From Catajapyx aquilonaris (Eukaryota), in contig JYFJ02002857.1 of NCBI GenBank assembly GCA_000934665.2, positions 1-49,815 on the forward strand: DNA of 49,815 bases. The letters run 5' to 3'. Of the stretch, positions 26,306-37,463 are shown one piece after another. The notes beneath the pieces were generated by a model that searched no databases, had not been told where the DNA came from, and was given only the letters and a program-made list of their open reading frames with translations. Within the stretch, counting starts at the first letter, position 1, and every line of letters begins with the position of its first letter. The translations under genes were made by a program, and so were the position numbers.

Positions 26306-26576
26306 TCATCGGAATTGATGAGAAACTGTCTGACTAACTTCGACAAAACCGAATAAATATTTTGTGATGTGTATTTTTAACTAGTGTCGTCTAGCTGCAG
26401 CAAAACTATTTCAACAAAAATATGATAGAGACACTCAACAATATTTCAAGATTAGTGTAGTGGTGGAAGATTTGACAACGGAAACAGCTTTCCTGTTGTG
26501 ATTACTTCCACAATTACATCACAGCTGCAGAAGGACTCTCCATTCCATATTTTCAGTGCCTTATGCACAGTTAACT

Positions 26577-28330
26577 ATGTTACTTTTCTCTCTAAAATAC
26601 CTATTGTGCCTCCTCCCTTTTTCACTCTTTGTGACAAGTGTCCTAAGTTCAGATGAAGAATCTCTCCAAGATGCTCAAAACGTTTCAGTGGTCATCATTG
26701 GAGCAGGCATGTCAGGCATTTCTGCTGCTCTCAGGCTGTATCAACATCACGGAATCGACAGTTTTCTGATTTTGGAAGCATCTAACAGGTAGGCCTATGT
26801 CAAAAACGGGAACAAATTTACCAACTTCATTTTGAAAAAAATGCCCAAAATGTTTATTTTGCAAATATTTTAAAGGACTGGAGGTCGACTGCACACTGTG
26901 ACGTATGGTGATTCTTTGGTTGAAATGGGCGGCAATTGGATCCATGGAGGAAGTAACGCAAATCCTCTCTTCAACCTGGCCAACCAATATGGCCTTATAA
27001 ATTCGCTAGACTCACTATTAGGACATCCTGAAGATACAATTGTATACACATCCGATGGAGGTACTGTGAATGAGGAGGCCAGAAGTAGGGCAACTGAGGC
27101 CATTCATAAAATACACGACCTTGAAACAGGAGATGTTCCTACGAATATAACATCTCAGGAATATCTGGACCAAAAATGGGCGTCCTTTCTCCGAATGTAT
27201 CCAGAGGAGGACTGGGATGATATGGATCGAATCTGGATCAATCATCTTTGCGGATACAGAGTGTTCGAAGGAGACTCATTAGAACTAGTCAGTCCATCGA
27301 GTTCTTACGTTTTCATACCAGGATTGGATGTGGTCATACCCACAGGGTACTCCAGTCTTCTGGAAAACATGATGAACGAGCTGCCCTCTGATCGAATCAT
27401 GCTGGACACTCCAATCACTTCTATCGAATGGAACCCTGATGGGGTCAAAGTGTCTACTGGCAGCAAGATCATAAGAGCCAAGGCTGCAATAATCACCGTG
27501 TCTGTTGGAGTGCTAAAGTCGGATGCCAGTATGTTCAAGCCTAGACTTCCAGGGAAAAAGAGGAAGGCCATAAGCAATCTGGCATTTGGGAAAGTTGTCA
27601 AAATCTTCTTGGAGTTTGAACATCCTTTCTGGACACCAGGACACGGCAGAGTTCCTTTGGGTTGGACCAGAGAGGAGTACACGGAGGCTATGAATGATCC
27701 CAGCAAGAAGTGGTTCCAAGTTATGCCTGGATTTACTGAAGTGTACAACAATTCCAGGGTCCTTATGGGCTGGGTGACCGGACCACAGGTACAGTACAGG
27801 TCCTATTATTATATTAAAACAGTTTCTGCCATGAAGGCGAGTGGAGAGGGCAAAATGAGGGTGTTAGGCCCAGCTAGCAGGACCACGTGGAGCTAGGCCT
27901 AGGTAGGCCTAGCTTCACGTGGTCCTGCAGAGTAACCGGGCCACACACTGTGTAATTAATTACTTCTTTCCTTTTACAGGCTATAGTTGCAGAAGAACTG
28001 AGCGACGAAGAGGTATTGCAAAAATGCATTCTAATATTACGGCAGTTCACAGGCGATCCTACTCTGCCAGAACCAGTGTCGATCCGAAAGTCGTCATGGT
28101 GTACCGACCCACATTTTAGAGGAACATATTCGTACCCGAGTGGACTGGATGGACATGACCAGATCTTTCGAAGCTGGTTGGGGGAACCTCTTCCGAATTC
28201 GAAAAATCCGGTGGTTCTCTTCGCTGGAGAAGCAACTCATCCGAAGTTTTTCTCGACTGCTCATGGAGCTTACTTATCTGGAGTTCGAGAAGCTGATAGG
28301 ATTGGAGCGATACTATCGGCTAAAAATTGA
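26577..28330 (+). CDS. Flavin-containing amine oxidase (polyamine/spermine oxidase-like) with N-terminal signal peptide
   Basis: Exons 26577-26788, 26876-27788 and 27980-28330. Motifs VVIIGAGMSGISAA, ILEASNR|TGGRL, EMGGNWIHG, VTVSVGVLK-like, KIFLEF, W..DP.FRGTYSY and FAGEATH....STAHGAYLSGVREA. Confidence 0.92.
27877..27928. repeat. Near-perfect palindrome in oxidase intron 2
   Basis: 25-bp arms GCAGGACCACGTGGAGCTAGGCCTA / TAGGCCTAGCTTCACGTGGTCCTGC, with one mismatch and a 2-nt spacer. Confidence 0.85.
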
Positions 28331-28610
28331 TAAGCACATGGACAGCAGATTATTGAATTGCAGCGTCTAAGTGAAATGTATGTGACATGAAATATCTGAA
28401 AATAAATGTCAAAGTGACAGGTGAATAAAGAGAAATGCTGTCAATATTCGCAGCTTGGAACATTAGTCAATGTTAAGTAAGCCCATTAGTTTTGTGACTG
28501 GATCGTGTCATAGCAACCATGTCCCATATGATGCAGTCTAGGAGTGAAACACTTGTGCTATTCGACATAGTCCTGTGGTGGATGCGAAAAATGGTACGGT
28601 GCGTCACAAG

Positions 28611-30090
28611 ATGACTCGTCGTACAGTGATTCAGGTGGAAGAAGCCAGACCCTCCGATGACGCGTTTTGGACAGTGTTCAGACCACTGGCCATCTTGTCA
28701 ATCATCGGAGGAATCGCTCCTTGTCCGTGGCCCAGGAAAGAGCTGAGTTGGAAGTGGTGCCAACGGTGGCCAACAATGTTGCACATATCATTTTTGATCA
28801 TATGCGGTGTCATATTCATCATGTTCACGCCAAATTTATTAGTTGACTTGGTCAACAGTCGTAATGTTGACACTGTTAAAGTCATGACCATTATTTTGAC
28901 ATCAGCAATGGCAAGCGGAGCGTGGGTCACATTCATTCTGATTCAATCAAGAGTGTCCAAAATTTGGAAACTGCTTCACCGTTTCTCCCTGCTGGATGTG
29001 AGTGGACACATAATAAAATTGCGAAATTTATCTGCGATGCTGGTCGTGGTTTGCGTTTGTCTGCCAGCACTTCAATTAATTTATGTGATTGTCCTTTTAG
29101 GACAAATAGGTCAACTCTTTGAACAGCAAAATTGGCTCTTTGTATTGTTTTGTTGGCATTGTTTATTTTTACTGCATCTGATTCCGGTTCAAGTCGTATT
29201 TCTGGCAGTCGTTTTGAGATCGCTCCTGAAAAATTTTAATAGAGAAGTTCTGAATATCTGCATGATCCAAACCGATCAGAAAGGCATCCAGCTGAGCAAA
29301 TTGTCCTCTTATGCTGACCAGTTCCATGAAATATGCATCTTAGTAGAGCATGTGGACAGAACGTTCGGAATATTTTTAGTGGCAACATACATGATATTTC
29401 TGACATGGAGCGTTGGATATCTCTTTCACTTGTTTTATTTCCCATTAACCATCACACATATTATATGCAAGATCATTTCAATCACATCCGCATCAGTTTC
29501 ATTAATTGTTTTCACCATGATGTTAGGATCCATCCCTCGAGAGGTAAGCTTATCTTGATTCATAACTGACGAAAAATATAATCGTGTGATGATCGTGTGA
29601 TCGTGTGATCGTGTGATCGTGTGATCGTGTGATCGTGTGATCGTGTGATCGTGTGATCGTGTGATCGTGTGATAATCGTATAGTGATGACTTTATATTCT
29701 CCTATTCTGAATGTTGTGTTTTCAGAGCACAAGGACACTGAGACACCTGGTACAAGTCAATCGCTTAGTGACCAATCCAACTATCACTGCAGATGTGGGT
29801 TACCTTATGTCTCATAGCTATTTTCGCGTATTTTCGACATTATGAACATGCCTGGTCTTCTTTACAGGTCCAGTCACTTATTCAGAATATGACAGGTCCA
29901 CCTATAGAGATAACTGCAGGCAGTTACTTCAGTATCAAGGGAGGACTTTTGACCTCGGTAAATGTTTGGACAGTGTTTTGCAATAATTCCAATTTTCCAA
30001 TATTTCAAAATGACGTATCTTCTGCAGATAGCTGGAGCTGTGACGACCTATCTAGTAATTTTGGCCCAGTTCAGAGGTGCCGAAAAATAG
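28611..30090 (+). CDS. Gustatory receptor GR-4 (more divergent paralog)
   Basis: Exons 28611-29543, 29726-29794, 29868-29957 and 30028-30090. Shares FRPLAI...GGIAPCPWP with GR-1 to GR-3; ends TTYLVILAQFRGAEK*. Confidence 0.9.
29581..29672. repeat. (ATCGTGTG)n tandem repeat, ~11 copies, in GR-4 intron 1
   Basis: The 8-bp unit is directly visible. Confidence 0.95.
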
Positions 30091-30502
30091 TATTGTTCTA
30101 TTCAAGGAAGAGAATCAACAATATTAATCACCTCTTGGGATAAAAGCAACTATTGGATTCGACTAAATGTCAAGTAATCTTCCTGGAAAGATAGTTTTCA
30201 TTGTGTTTTATAGAAGTTACCATCACATGACAACATAATGTACACATTTATACTCCAATAGGCGATTTATTTACGTAATATTGTATTTTTAGGGTTACAA
30301 TGATTGTGAAAATATTGTATACAGTACATTTCCATAATTTAATTTTGAAAAGAATTGATACGAATTACACACTGTAATATGCAGATATAATTCAGCGTTT
30401 CACAAAGTGTTTTCAAAATATGTTCGGCAAATTCTTGAAGAAGGCTTGTTTCAAAATAATGTATTTCCAGAACTGGTCCACACTCGGTAGTTAGCAATCT
30501 GG

Positions 30503-31349
30503 TTACGAGCATGCCTGAACAAAGAATTGCCATATGAAAGGCAATTAAATAGATTATAAAACTTAATACATAAAAATTTAAAAAAATAGTTGAGGTCTTG
30601 TCTTACCCTTTCCAAATCATGAAACGCACACATCATGTCACCAGGAGCCCCTGTGCACTTTATCCCTCTATTACCTATAAGAGAATAACATATTGACATG
30701 AACTATTTTAAACCATATTCAACTTACCGTTTCTGCATTCGGTGATAATGCCCGCCATATATTCCTTTGCTTCATCATATCCTTGATCGGGATAAATCAG
30801 GTCTACAAATTCTGTCTTTAAATGGCCATCTTCGACCTGATGAAAGATGACCGTAGTGTTATAGGAAAACAAAAGCCTCTTGTATTATACATACCAGATT
30901 CGCCGCATTGAGTGTACATGCTGCCGTTTCACACTGTAAATATTACATATCTTATTTATTATTTTGAACAGTATTTTGGTGTCAAATGTCGAAAAATGTT
31001 TTGGACACATAAATATTTAGAACTGTTCTTACCTCGCCTCCAGCATTTGTGCAGTGGGTCAAACGGGCATTTGTCAGGGTGACACGGGCTCTGTTCAGTT
31101 CTTCTCCTGATGGAAAGTTGCAGTAGGGTCGCCTCTACACAACAATGAAATGGTAAACTGTTAGTATGAATTGTCACAATCTATACATATTTCAAAACAA
31201 TTCACAAGTTTAAATTGCTCCTTATCAGGAAGTCAAAATCATGTGGAATTGCACAGAAGTTTAACAATGGAAGGTTTTCTCACCCTATCGGAGGCTGCGA
31301 AACCTGCAAGAAGCAGCAGTGAAGCCAGGAGAATCATTGTTGCTGACAT
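30503..31349 (-). CDS. 8-Cys OBP-like protein 9
   Basis: MSATMILLASLLLLAGFAASDR|RRPYCNFPSGEELNRARVTLTNARLTHCTNAGGE|CETAACTLNAANL|VEDGHLKTEFVDLIYPDQGYDEAKEYMAGIITECRN|GNRGIKCTGAPGDMMCAFHDLER|ACS*. Confidence 0.87.
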
Positions 31350-31654
31350 GATGGATTCGATAGCTGAACTAACTTTATTGGCGAATTCACAGGTGATTGT
31401 TATATCAATTAGTTCAATGCGAGTGTTCAAAGAGATTGATACACACCAGCTGCAATAACTGCTACGGAAATAGTGATTGGAAATGGCTAAAAATAACCAT
31501 GCACATATCGAGAAGTAACAGGCTTCTTTTAACCCGAATCATTGTTGATACATATCAGCTAGCTTCCGGAATGTAATCATTGTGACAATGCAGCACTGGC
31601 TTTCATTCCTCCCATGTTATTTATGTCATTATTATAATTTTTGACATTTTCTCA

Positions 31655-32020
31655 TTAAAAACGTAATATATAGTGCGGATCTGTCTGTCTGTCCGTCTGT
31701 GGACAGGTATCAGGGCCCAAACCGCAAGATATAGCGACAAACTGTTTTCGAATTCGGATTCAGCGTGACCTAAATCATAGTCAACTTCCGGTTTTCCGGG
31801 TTCACTCCATCCGCCAAGGTCATGTCTACAGACGTTCTTGGGTTTCTTTGCAACGGGAAATGGCACTGAAAACCTTTTTAATATGTCGTTGCCCAATTGG
31901 AATTTCTTAGAAATGAGAAAAAAAATCTGCTCGAATCACGCTCGCATGATTTGCCAATCTTGTTTAAGTAAGATCTGAAAATAAATGCCAATTTTTGGCC
32001 ATCTATTTTGGAGCACCACA
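31655..32020. mobile_element. Probable non-autonomous Helitron/Helentron-like (DINE-like) insertion; ends approximate
   Basis: A TCTGTCTGTCTGTCCGTCTGT microsatellite near one end is followed by GC-richer sequence that is absent from the paralogous flank of OBP-like 10. Confidence 0.4.
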
Positions 32021-32266
32021 CCACACATGTTTTATTGGTTTATTCATTAAGTTCAAATTTACAGGTACGGTATAACCTAAAAATTTAATCAAATTGTGAA
32101 ATTGTGAATTGTATGCATTATTGCTTTTGAAAATAATTACAGACTGTAGTATTCAGGAATAATTTAGAGTTTTGCGAAGTTAAATCTGTTCTGCAAATTC
32201 TTGAAGAATGTTTGTTGCAAATATATATTTCCAGAACTGGTCCATACTAGGTAGTTAGCAATCTGG

Positions 32267-33132
32267 TTATGAGCATGCCTGAAAAAGAGCGAAAATATTT
32301 TAGCATATTATTAATATACTGAAAGTTAAAATAATTAGTGGATCCCATGCCTTCTCTTACCCTTTGCAAAGCATGAAACGCACAAATCATGTCACCAGGA
32401 GCCCCTGTGCATATCGACACTCTCTGGCCTAAAAGAGAATAACATATCGAAATGCATGAACTATTATACTCAACTCAACACTTACTGTTTCGACATTCGG
32501 TGATCCTGTCTGCCAAATATGCTTTTGCTTCGTCATATCCTTCATCGGGATAGATAATGTCCACGAACTCTGCCTTTAAGTGGCCATCGTCGACCTGAAA
32601 AATGAAAACCGTGGTATTATAGGAAAACAAAAGCGTCTTGTACAGTACTACATACCATATCCAACGCGTTGAATGTGCATGTTGCAGTTTCACACTGTAA
32701 ACAATACAGAAGTTATTATCTCGTATAGTACTGCACTTCTTCTTACAGCGATTGATGTCAAAAAATGTTTCGGACAAATGGTACACATCATGTCCATTTT
32801 GTTTCATATTTTTACCTCGCCTCCAGCATTTGTGCAGTAGGTCAATCTAGCATTGCTGAGAGTGTTCGTGGCTCTGTCCAATTCTTCTCCTTGTGGAAAC
32901 TTACAGTAGGCTGGATCCTACATAACAATGAAGTACAACACATGAAATTATAATCGCGAAGTGTGGGTATGGTTTCAAAACAAATTGCTTCAAGTGCTCA
33001 TTAGTAAGAAGTCAAAATTATGTATAATTGAACACTGATTAGAGTAACAATGGAAGGTTTTCTTACCTCATCGGATGCTGCGAAACCTGCAAGAAGCAAC
33101 AGTGAAGCCAGGAGAATCATTGTTGCTGACAT
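32267..33132 (-). CDS. 8-Cys OBP-like protein 10
   Basis: MSATMILLASLLLLAGFAASDE|DPAYCKFPQGEELDRATNTLSNARLTYCTNAGGE|CETATCTFNALDM|VDDGHLKAEFVDIIYPDEGYDEAKAYLADRITECRN|SQRVSICTGAPGDMICAFHALQR|ACS*. Confidence 0.87.
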
Positions 33133-33471
33133 GATGGATTCGATAGCTGAACTAACTTTATTGGCGAATTCACAGGTGGTTGTTATATCAACCGCATATG
33201 CAATGCTAGTGTTGAAAGCGATTGATACATACTAGCTGCGATAATTGCACGGAAATAGTGATTGGGAATAGCAAAAAATAGCAATTCACATATCTAAAAG
33301 TAACAGGCTTATTTTAAGCCCCAGCATTGTTGATACATAGCCACTAACTTCCGGAATGCAATCTGAAATGGTTACTCTACAGCACTGGTTACATTTTTAT
33401 CTTAATCGCATTATTGTTCGTATTTATATGTTTCGACACAGCTCGTATTAATTGACATCCTATCGTAATTT

Positions 33472-33733
33472 ACCGAAGCAGGTTGGTGTAGGGGTCACGG
33501 AGTCGGACTGCTATAATCGGGAGGTCCTGATGGGTTCGATTCCCGGGGCCGGCGATCCTGACAGTGGTTTTCCTGTGGTTTTCCACGGTCCTCCCAGGAG
33601 AATTCCGGGGTCGTTTCCATATAATAGGCCTCAGCCGCTTCCTTCCTTCCATATCCTTGGCCTCATCCAATGGTGGTATTCCACCCCCCTAATGGAGAGC
33701 AGATTCTCCCAATGGAGTATAAACAACAAACAA
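33472..33733 (+). mobile_element. tRNA-derived SINE, full length
   Basis: A box TGGTGTAGGGG, B box GGTTCGATTCC and a (CAAA)n tail, with a perfect 17-bp TSD ACATCCTATCGTAATTT at 33455-33471 and 33734-33750. Confidence 0.9.
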
Positions 33734-33881
33734 ACATCCTATCGTAATTTGAAAGATATGCAATTTACTGATGTAATCGTAGAAAGAGCAGGAAACTGAT
33801 AGGCCATTAATAATTTGCACTAATTTTATTCATTCTAAAATCGTGTCAGGACATCAAGGGAAGATCCAGCCAATCGCATTG

Positions 33882-34917
33882 TTACTCTTCATCAGAGACA
33901 TTGTTGCACTCCTGAAAAAGTAATTGAAAATTTAGACTCAATTTGTTTATCTATAAGAAAGTGCATTTTACATTCACATAGCATACTTTGCAAAATTTAT
34001 TTATAATATTTTCTGGTAGAATTGAATACAAATAAAAATTTATTGAATTTGATCATTTTTTTTCAGATGCTGATCTCCACATACGGTACCTGATTTCTAA
34101 AATCCATTGCACAATCAGAGGCAGCGAGAGGTTGATAAGGACACCAATCATCGTAGTCTTTCAAATAGTTTCTCAACAATTCGGCTGAGAATAACCAACA
34201 ATGTTACTTTGCACCATTTATGTCCAAGTATTTATAACTTACGATCGCTTTGACATTCGATGATTTTTTCTGCCAAATAGTTCTTAGTTGCATCAAATTC
34301 TTCACCATCAGGAAACATGAAGTTGACAAACTTACGCGGATTCAGGTTCTCAACATCATCAAGCTGAAACCGGTTCCATTGATGAGACAATGCTTGGTAC
34401 GACGTCACATGTACTTACCAGTCCCAGCTCATTAATGGTGCAATGGGTCGAAGCACACTGTAAAATTTATAATATAAAGTTTAACTAGTTATCTGGTGTA
34501 ATTATAACATTACTGTACCTGATGGGCAGCCAAATATTTACAAACTGTTGATTGAACTTGCTGCATTTGGCTAGTTACTACATTCATGTGCTCTGGAGTC
34601 GTATATCTGCAGAAGTCCTATAGGAATAACAGTGTAAGTATGTAAGGGGTAAGTCTGGGGTAAGTAAGTGGTAAGTAAGGGGTAAGTAAGGGGTAAGTAA
34701 GGGGTAAGTAAGTGGTAAGTCAGGGGTAAGTCAGGGGTAAGTCAGGGGTAAGTAAGTGGTAAGTAAGTGGTAAGTCAGGGGTAAGTCAGGGGTAAGTCAG
34801 GGAATAACAGTGAATATTTTTAAAATATACTTGCAGCCTACTTACTTCATCATCAGCTGAAGTCAAACTTGAAATAAGAAATATTGGAGCCAACAAGAGG
34901 ACCATTGTTGTGGCCAT
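33882..34917 (-). CDS. 8-Cys OBP-like protein 11
   Basis: MATTMVLLLAPIFLISSLTSADDE|DFCRYTTPEHMNVVTSQMQQVQSTVCKYLAAHQ|CASTHCTINELGL|LDDVENLNPRKFVNFMFPDGEEFDATKNYLAEKIIECQSD|PELLRNYLKDYDDWCPYQPLAASDCAMDFRNQ|ECNNVSDEE*. Confidence 0.86.
34635..34800. repeat. (GGGGTAAGTCA/GTGGTAAGTAA)n minisatellite in OBP-like 11 intron 1
   Basis: 11-bp degenerate unit, flanked by the direct repeat GGAATAACAGTG (34623-34634 and 34801-34812). Confidence 0.9.
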
Positions 34918-35194
34918 GGCGACACTGGAAAGACAATGTGGATGTCTCTTGGCTGTGGCTATATTTCGACTATTGTATCTGCTTCTGGTTAATCTAGCAT
35001 GGTGTGTGACTGATTCTGACTGCGGATGCTGCACAGCGATTACACTATTTTAGTTGGACCATCACTATCGATATCATTTACGTAATCAATTGCATGTTGG
35101 ACCACAATTTATTATTGAGCACATATTGATCTCTAGTACAGTATAACAAGAGATTCCGTGAGCAACCTTGCACTTATAGGGAATACATTTATCA

Positions 35195-37012
35195 TTACTC
35201 AATGTCCGTTACATGAATCTCTGTCGTATCAGTTGCAGGCATACAATCACGTTCGTTGCTATCAGCACAATCCTTAATGCTGTGTCTTTTTATCACTTCT
35301 AATATTAAGAAACATATAGACAGGCAACAACCAGAGAATAGGAAGAAAAAGGCTGACTTAAGAATAGCCAGAGTCATAACTTTTGGCCCCGTTTCTTCCA
35401 TAATAATTTTCCCAGAGTTGTACCACTTTCTTCTCTGAAGGTCCTGCTTCTGCTTTGCTAACACATGCTCGTCATGATCATGCAAACCAGAATCCACATA
35501 TGTTTGTAGACCTCTCTTTATAGACTCGTAGGTCACTGAGTGTGTCTCAGTGCTGATACCCACAATCAGAGTGGGTAGGTCTGACTTAGCAACGTAGAGA
35601 AGTTCCTGTCGATACTCGTTGTCAGGGTCGTCCAGGGTGTACCACGGTGTCTGTTGGGCCAAACAGGCGTACTTTCCGTCTAGTGTCTTCAGCACACATG
35701 TCTTCAGGAAGTCCCAGTATTGCAGTTCGAATATCTCGACCTCTGATGCAATCTTTCTGATGACTGGACTTTCGGTTAGGTTCACGAACTTGTCGTAATA
35801 CCAGTCCTTACCGAAGCTGCCCCATTTGTACTGCATGTCCACTAGGTCTTTTAGTGACTCCAGGTTCTTCGAAGTGGAGTCCAGGAACACTCCGACCATG
35901 TTTGAGGTGAAGAAGGTGGACACCAACATGCAGAAGTAGACGTACAGAAAGAAGAGGCAGTTTGTTGATGATGTGAAGTTGCGAGTGTCCACTGATTCGT
36001 CAAACAGTACTGGTATTACATAGTTTGTCAGAATCATGTACCATGACTTGTGATGTCCGATTCTACCAGGTTTTGTTCTGGATAGGAAGTAAATGGCTGT
36101 TGTCACCATGCATATTGAGACAATGAGGCTGAGAAAAGCATTCCATGTGAACGGCACCAGAAGAAGACCCTTGGACATCTTGGGAGGAAACTTCTTGGTG
36201 ATGATGAGCATACCGTCGATTCTGTATGGGTTTGTGTAGCTACAGTTGCTGTCCAGTACCATCGTTTCTACCTGACAAATCCAGTACATGTGTTTAGGGA
36301 CAGTGTTAGTAATATCTACCCAGGTGTAGTTGAGATGCTCGGCTAGCCACTTATTCATAAGATCTTTACGATTACACACTTGGATAGTTCTTCTGTGCCA
36401 GTTCTTTGTGGTGTCTGGAAACAACTCGTCAACAAATGAGGTGACAGTGGTGTGTGTGACTGTGTAGGTACCGTTGTCACAAAAGTAGCATGGTGATAGC
36501 ATCCTAAGTGCCAAACCATTTTCACTTGTGATGTTGGCAATACCCAATCGGTGTTTCAACGTGTGAGATTCCCATCCAATACACTCTTCGATTGATCCAT
36601 TTTTAATGTGGAATATGTGGTAATCACGTGTGCCTCTCCAAGGCCGTAGTGTTACTAAATACTGTTGAACTAAACTGTGGTAAGAAGTGATCGTGGAGTG
36701 ATACAGCACCACGAAGCACTGTCCCGATTGTTGAATCACCAATGTGTTTCTCACCTTCTTTGTGTTGTTTGAAGCGATCACCACTGGTGTTTTGACCATT
36801 TTTGGCAGTCCTTCCAGTTCATAATCCAGAAACTTATTGTCGTGGAGAATAGCAAGTGAGCAGTCCTTCACTTGGTTATTCTCTGCCATTATCCTTGACA
36901 CTGCTTCTGACAACAGTTCAGTTTCTGTCTGATAAGCATTGATCTTGATTGCACTAATTTTGTTGAAAATTATGCTGATTATTAGACAAGTCACTATGTA
37001 CGCCATTTGCAT
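35195..37012 (-). CDS. Divergent ionotropic receptor IR-C (intronless, ~605 aa), paralog of IR-B
   Basis: Signal peptide, PCYFCDNG, LFPDTTKNWHRRTIQV, YTNPY, LLVPFTWNAF, FTSNMVGVF...LESLKDL, DSGL and a final TM ending FLILE; colinear with IR-B. Confidence 0.88.
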   Translation of the reverse strand: MQMAYIVTCLIISIIFNKISAIKINAYQTETELLSEAVSRIMAENNQVKDCSLAILHDNKFLDYELEGLPKMVKTPVVIASNNTKKVRNTLVIQQSGQCFVVLYHSTITSYHSLVQQYLVTLRPWRGTRDYHIFHIKNGSIEECIGWESHTLKHRLGIANITSENGLALRMLSPCYFCDNGTYTVTHTTVTSFVDELFPDTTKNWHRRTIQVCNRKDLMNKWLAEHLNYTWVDITNTVPKHMYWICQVETMVLDSNCSYTNPYRIDGMLIITKKFPPKMSKGLLLVPFTWNAFLSLIVSICMVTTAIYFLSRTKPGRIGHHKSWYMILTNYVIPVLFDESVDTRNFTSSTNCLFFLYVYFCMLVSTFFTSNMVGVFLDSTSKNLESLKDLVDMQYKWGSFGKDWYYDKFVNLTESPVIRKIASEVEIFELQYWDFLKTCVLKTLDGKYACLAQQTPWYTLDDPDNEYRQELLYVAKSDLPTLIVGISTETHSVTYESIKRGLQTYVDSGLHDHDEHVLAKQKQDLQRRKWYNSGKIIMEETGPKVMTLAILKSAFFFLFSGCCLSICFLILEVIKRHSIKDCADSNERDCMPATDTTEIHVTDIE

Positions 37013-37463
37013 CAACTTACATGAAAGTAGTTCCGGTTAGAGCTAACAAGTCTGATCGTGATGTAAATCACTGACAAACTGACACGTCCTGTACTCATAA
37101 TATCGACATGTTGGTTGCGGAATAGCATTGATTTATCTTGAGTAATGGCCAGGTTTCTAGGAAGAGCTGAAGAAATATTGCGGCGAACAGCTCTAAGCCG
37201 AAGTGTAAATAAGAGAAGAGGATGGCCTGTCAATAAGTTGTCAACTGGCTTTTGATACACTCCTCACCCACTTTGTTCTGGTTTTGTTGCGACAACTCAT
37301 CGGGTGTTACAAAAGATGTTGAGCCGAGGTAATAAGACAAGGACAACACTACCGTTGACCACTTTATTACAGACAGGGCTAAATATATTAGTCAACCTAC
37401 ATACTATAGCTATGTGATGCTATTATGGCATAGTTGCGGTTTCTCTATGTTACATGTAGTAAG

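Noticed and set aside
20951..30090. Calling the 7TM genes odorant receptors
   Set aside because: The TYxxxxxQF TM7 motif and three terminal phase-0 introns fit GRs rather than ORs.
33480..33555. tRNA gene
   Set aside because: It has Pol III boxes but no acceptor stem, and the TSD and tail show it is a SINE head.
29581..34800. CRISPR-like arrays at the two tandem repeats
   Set aside because: No unique spacers, eukaryotic intronic context, no cas genes.
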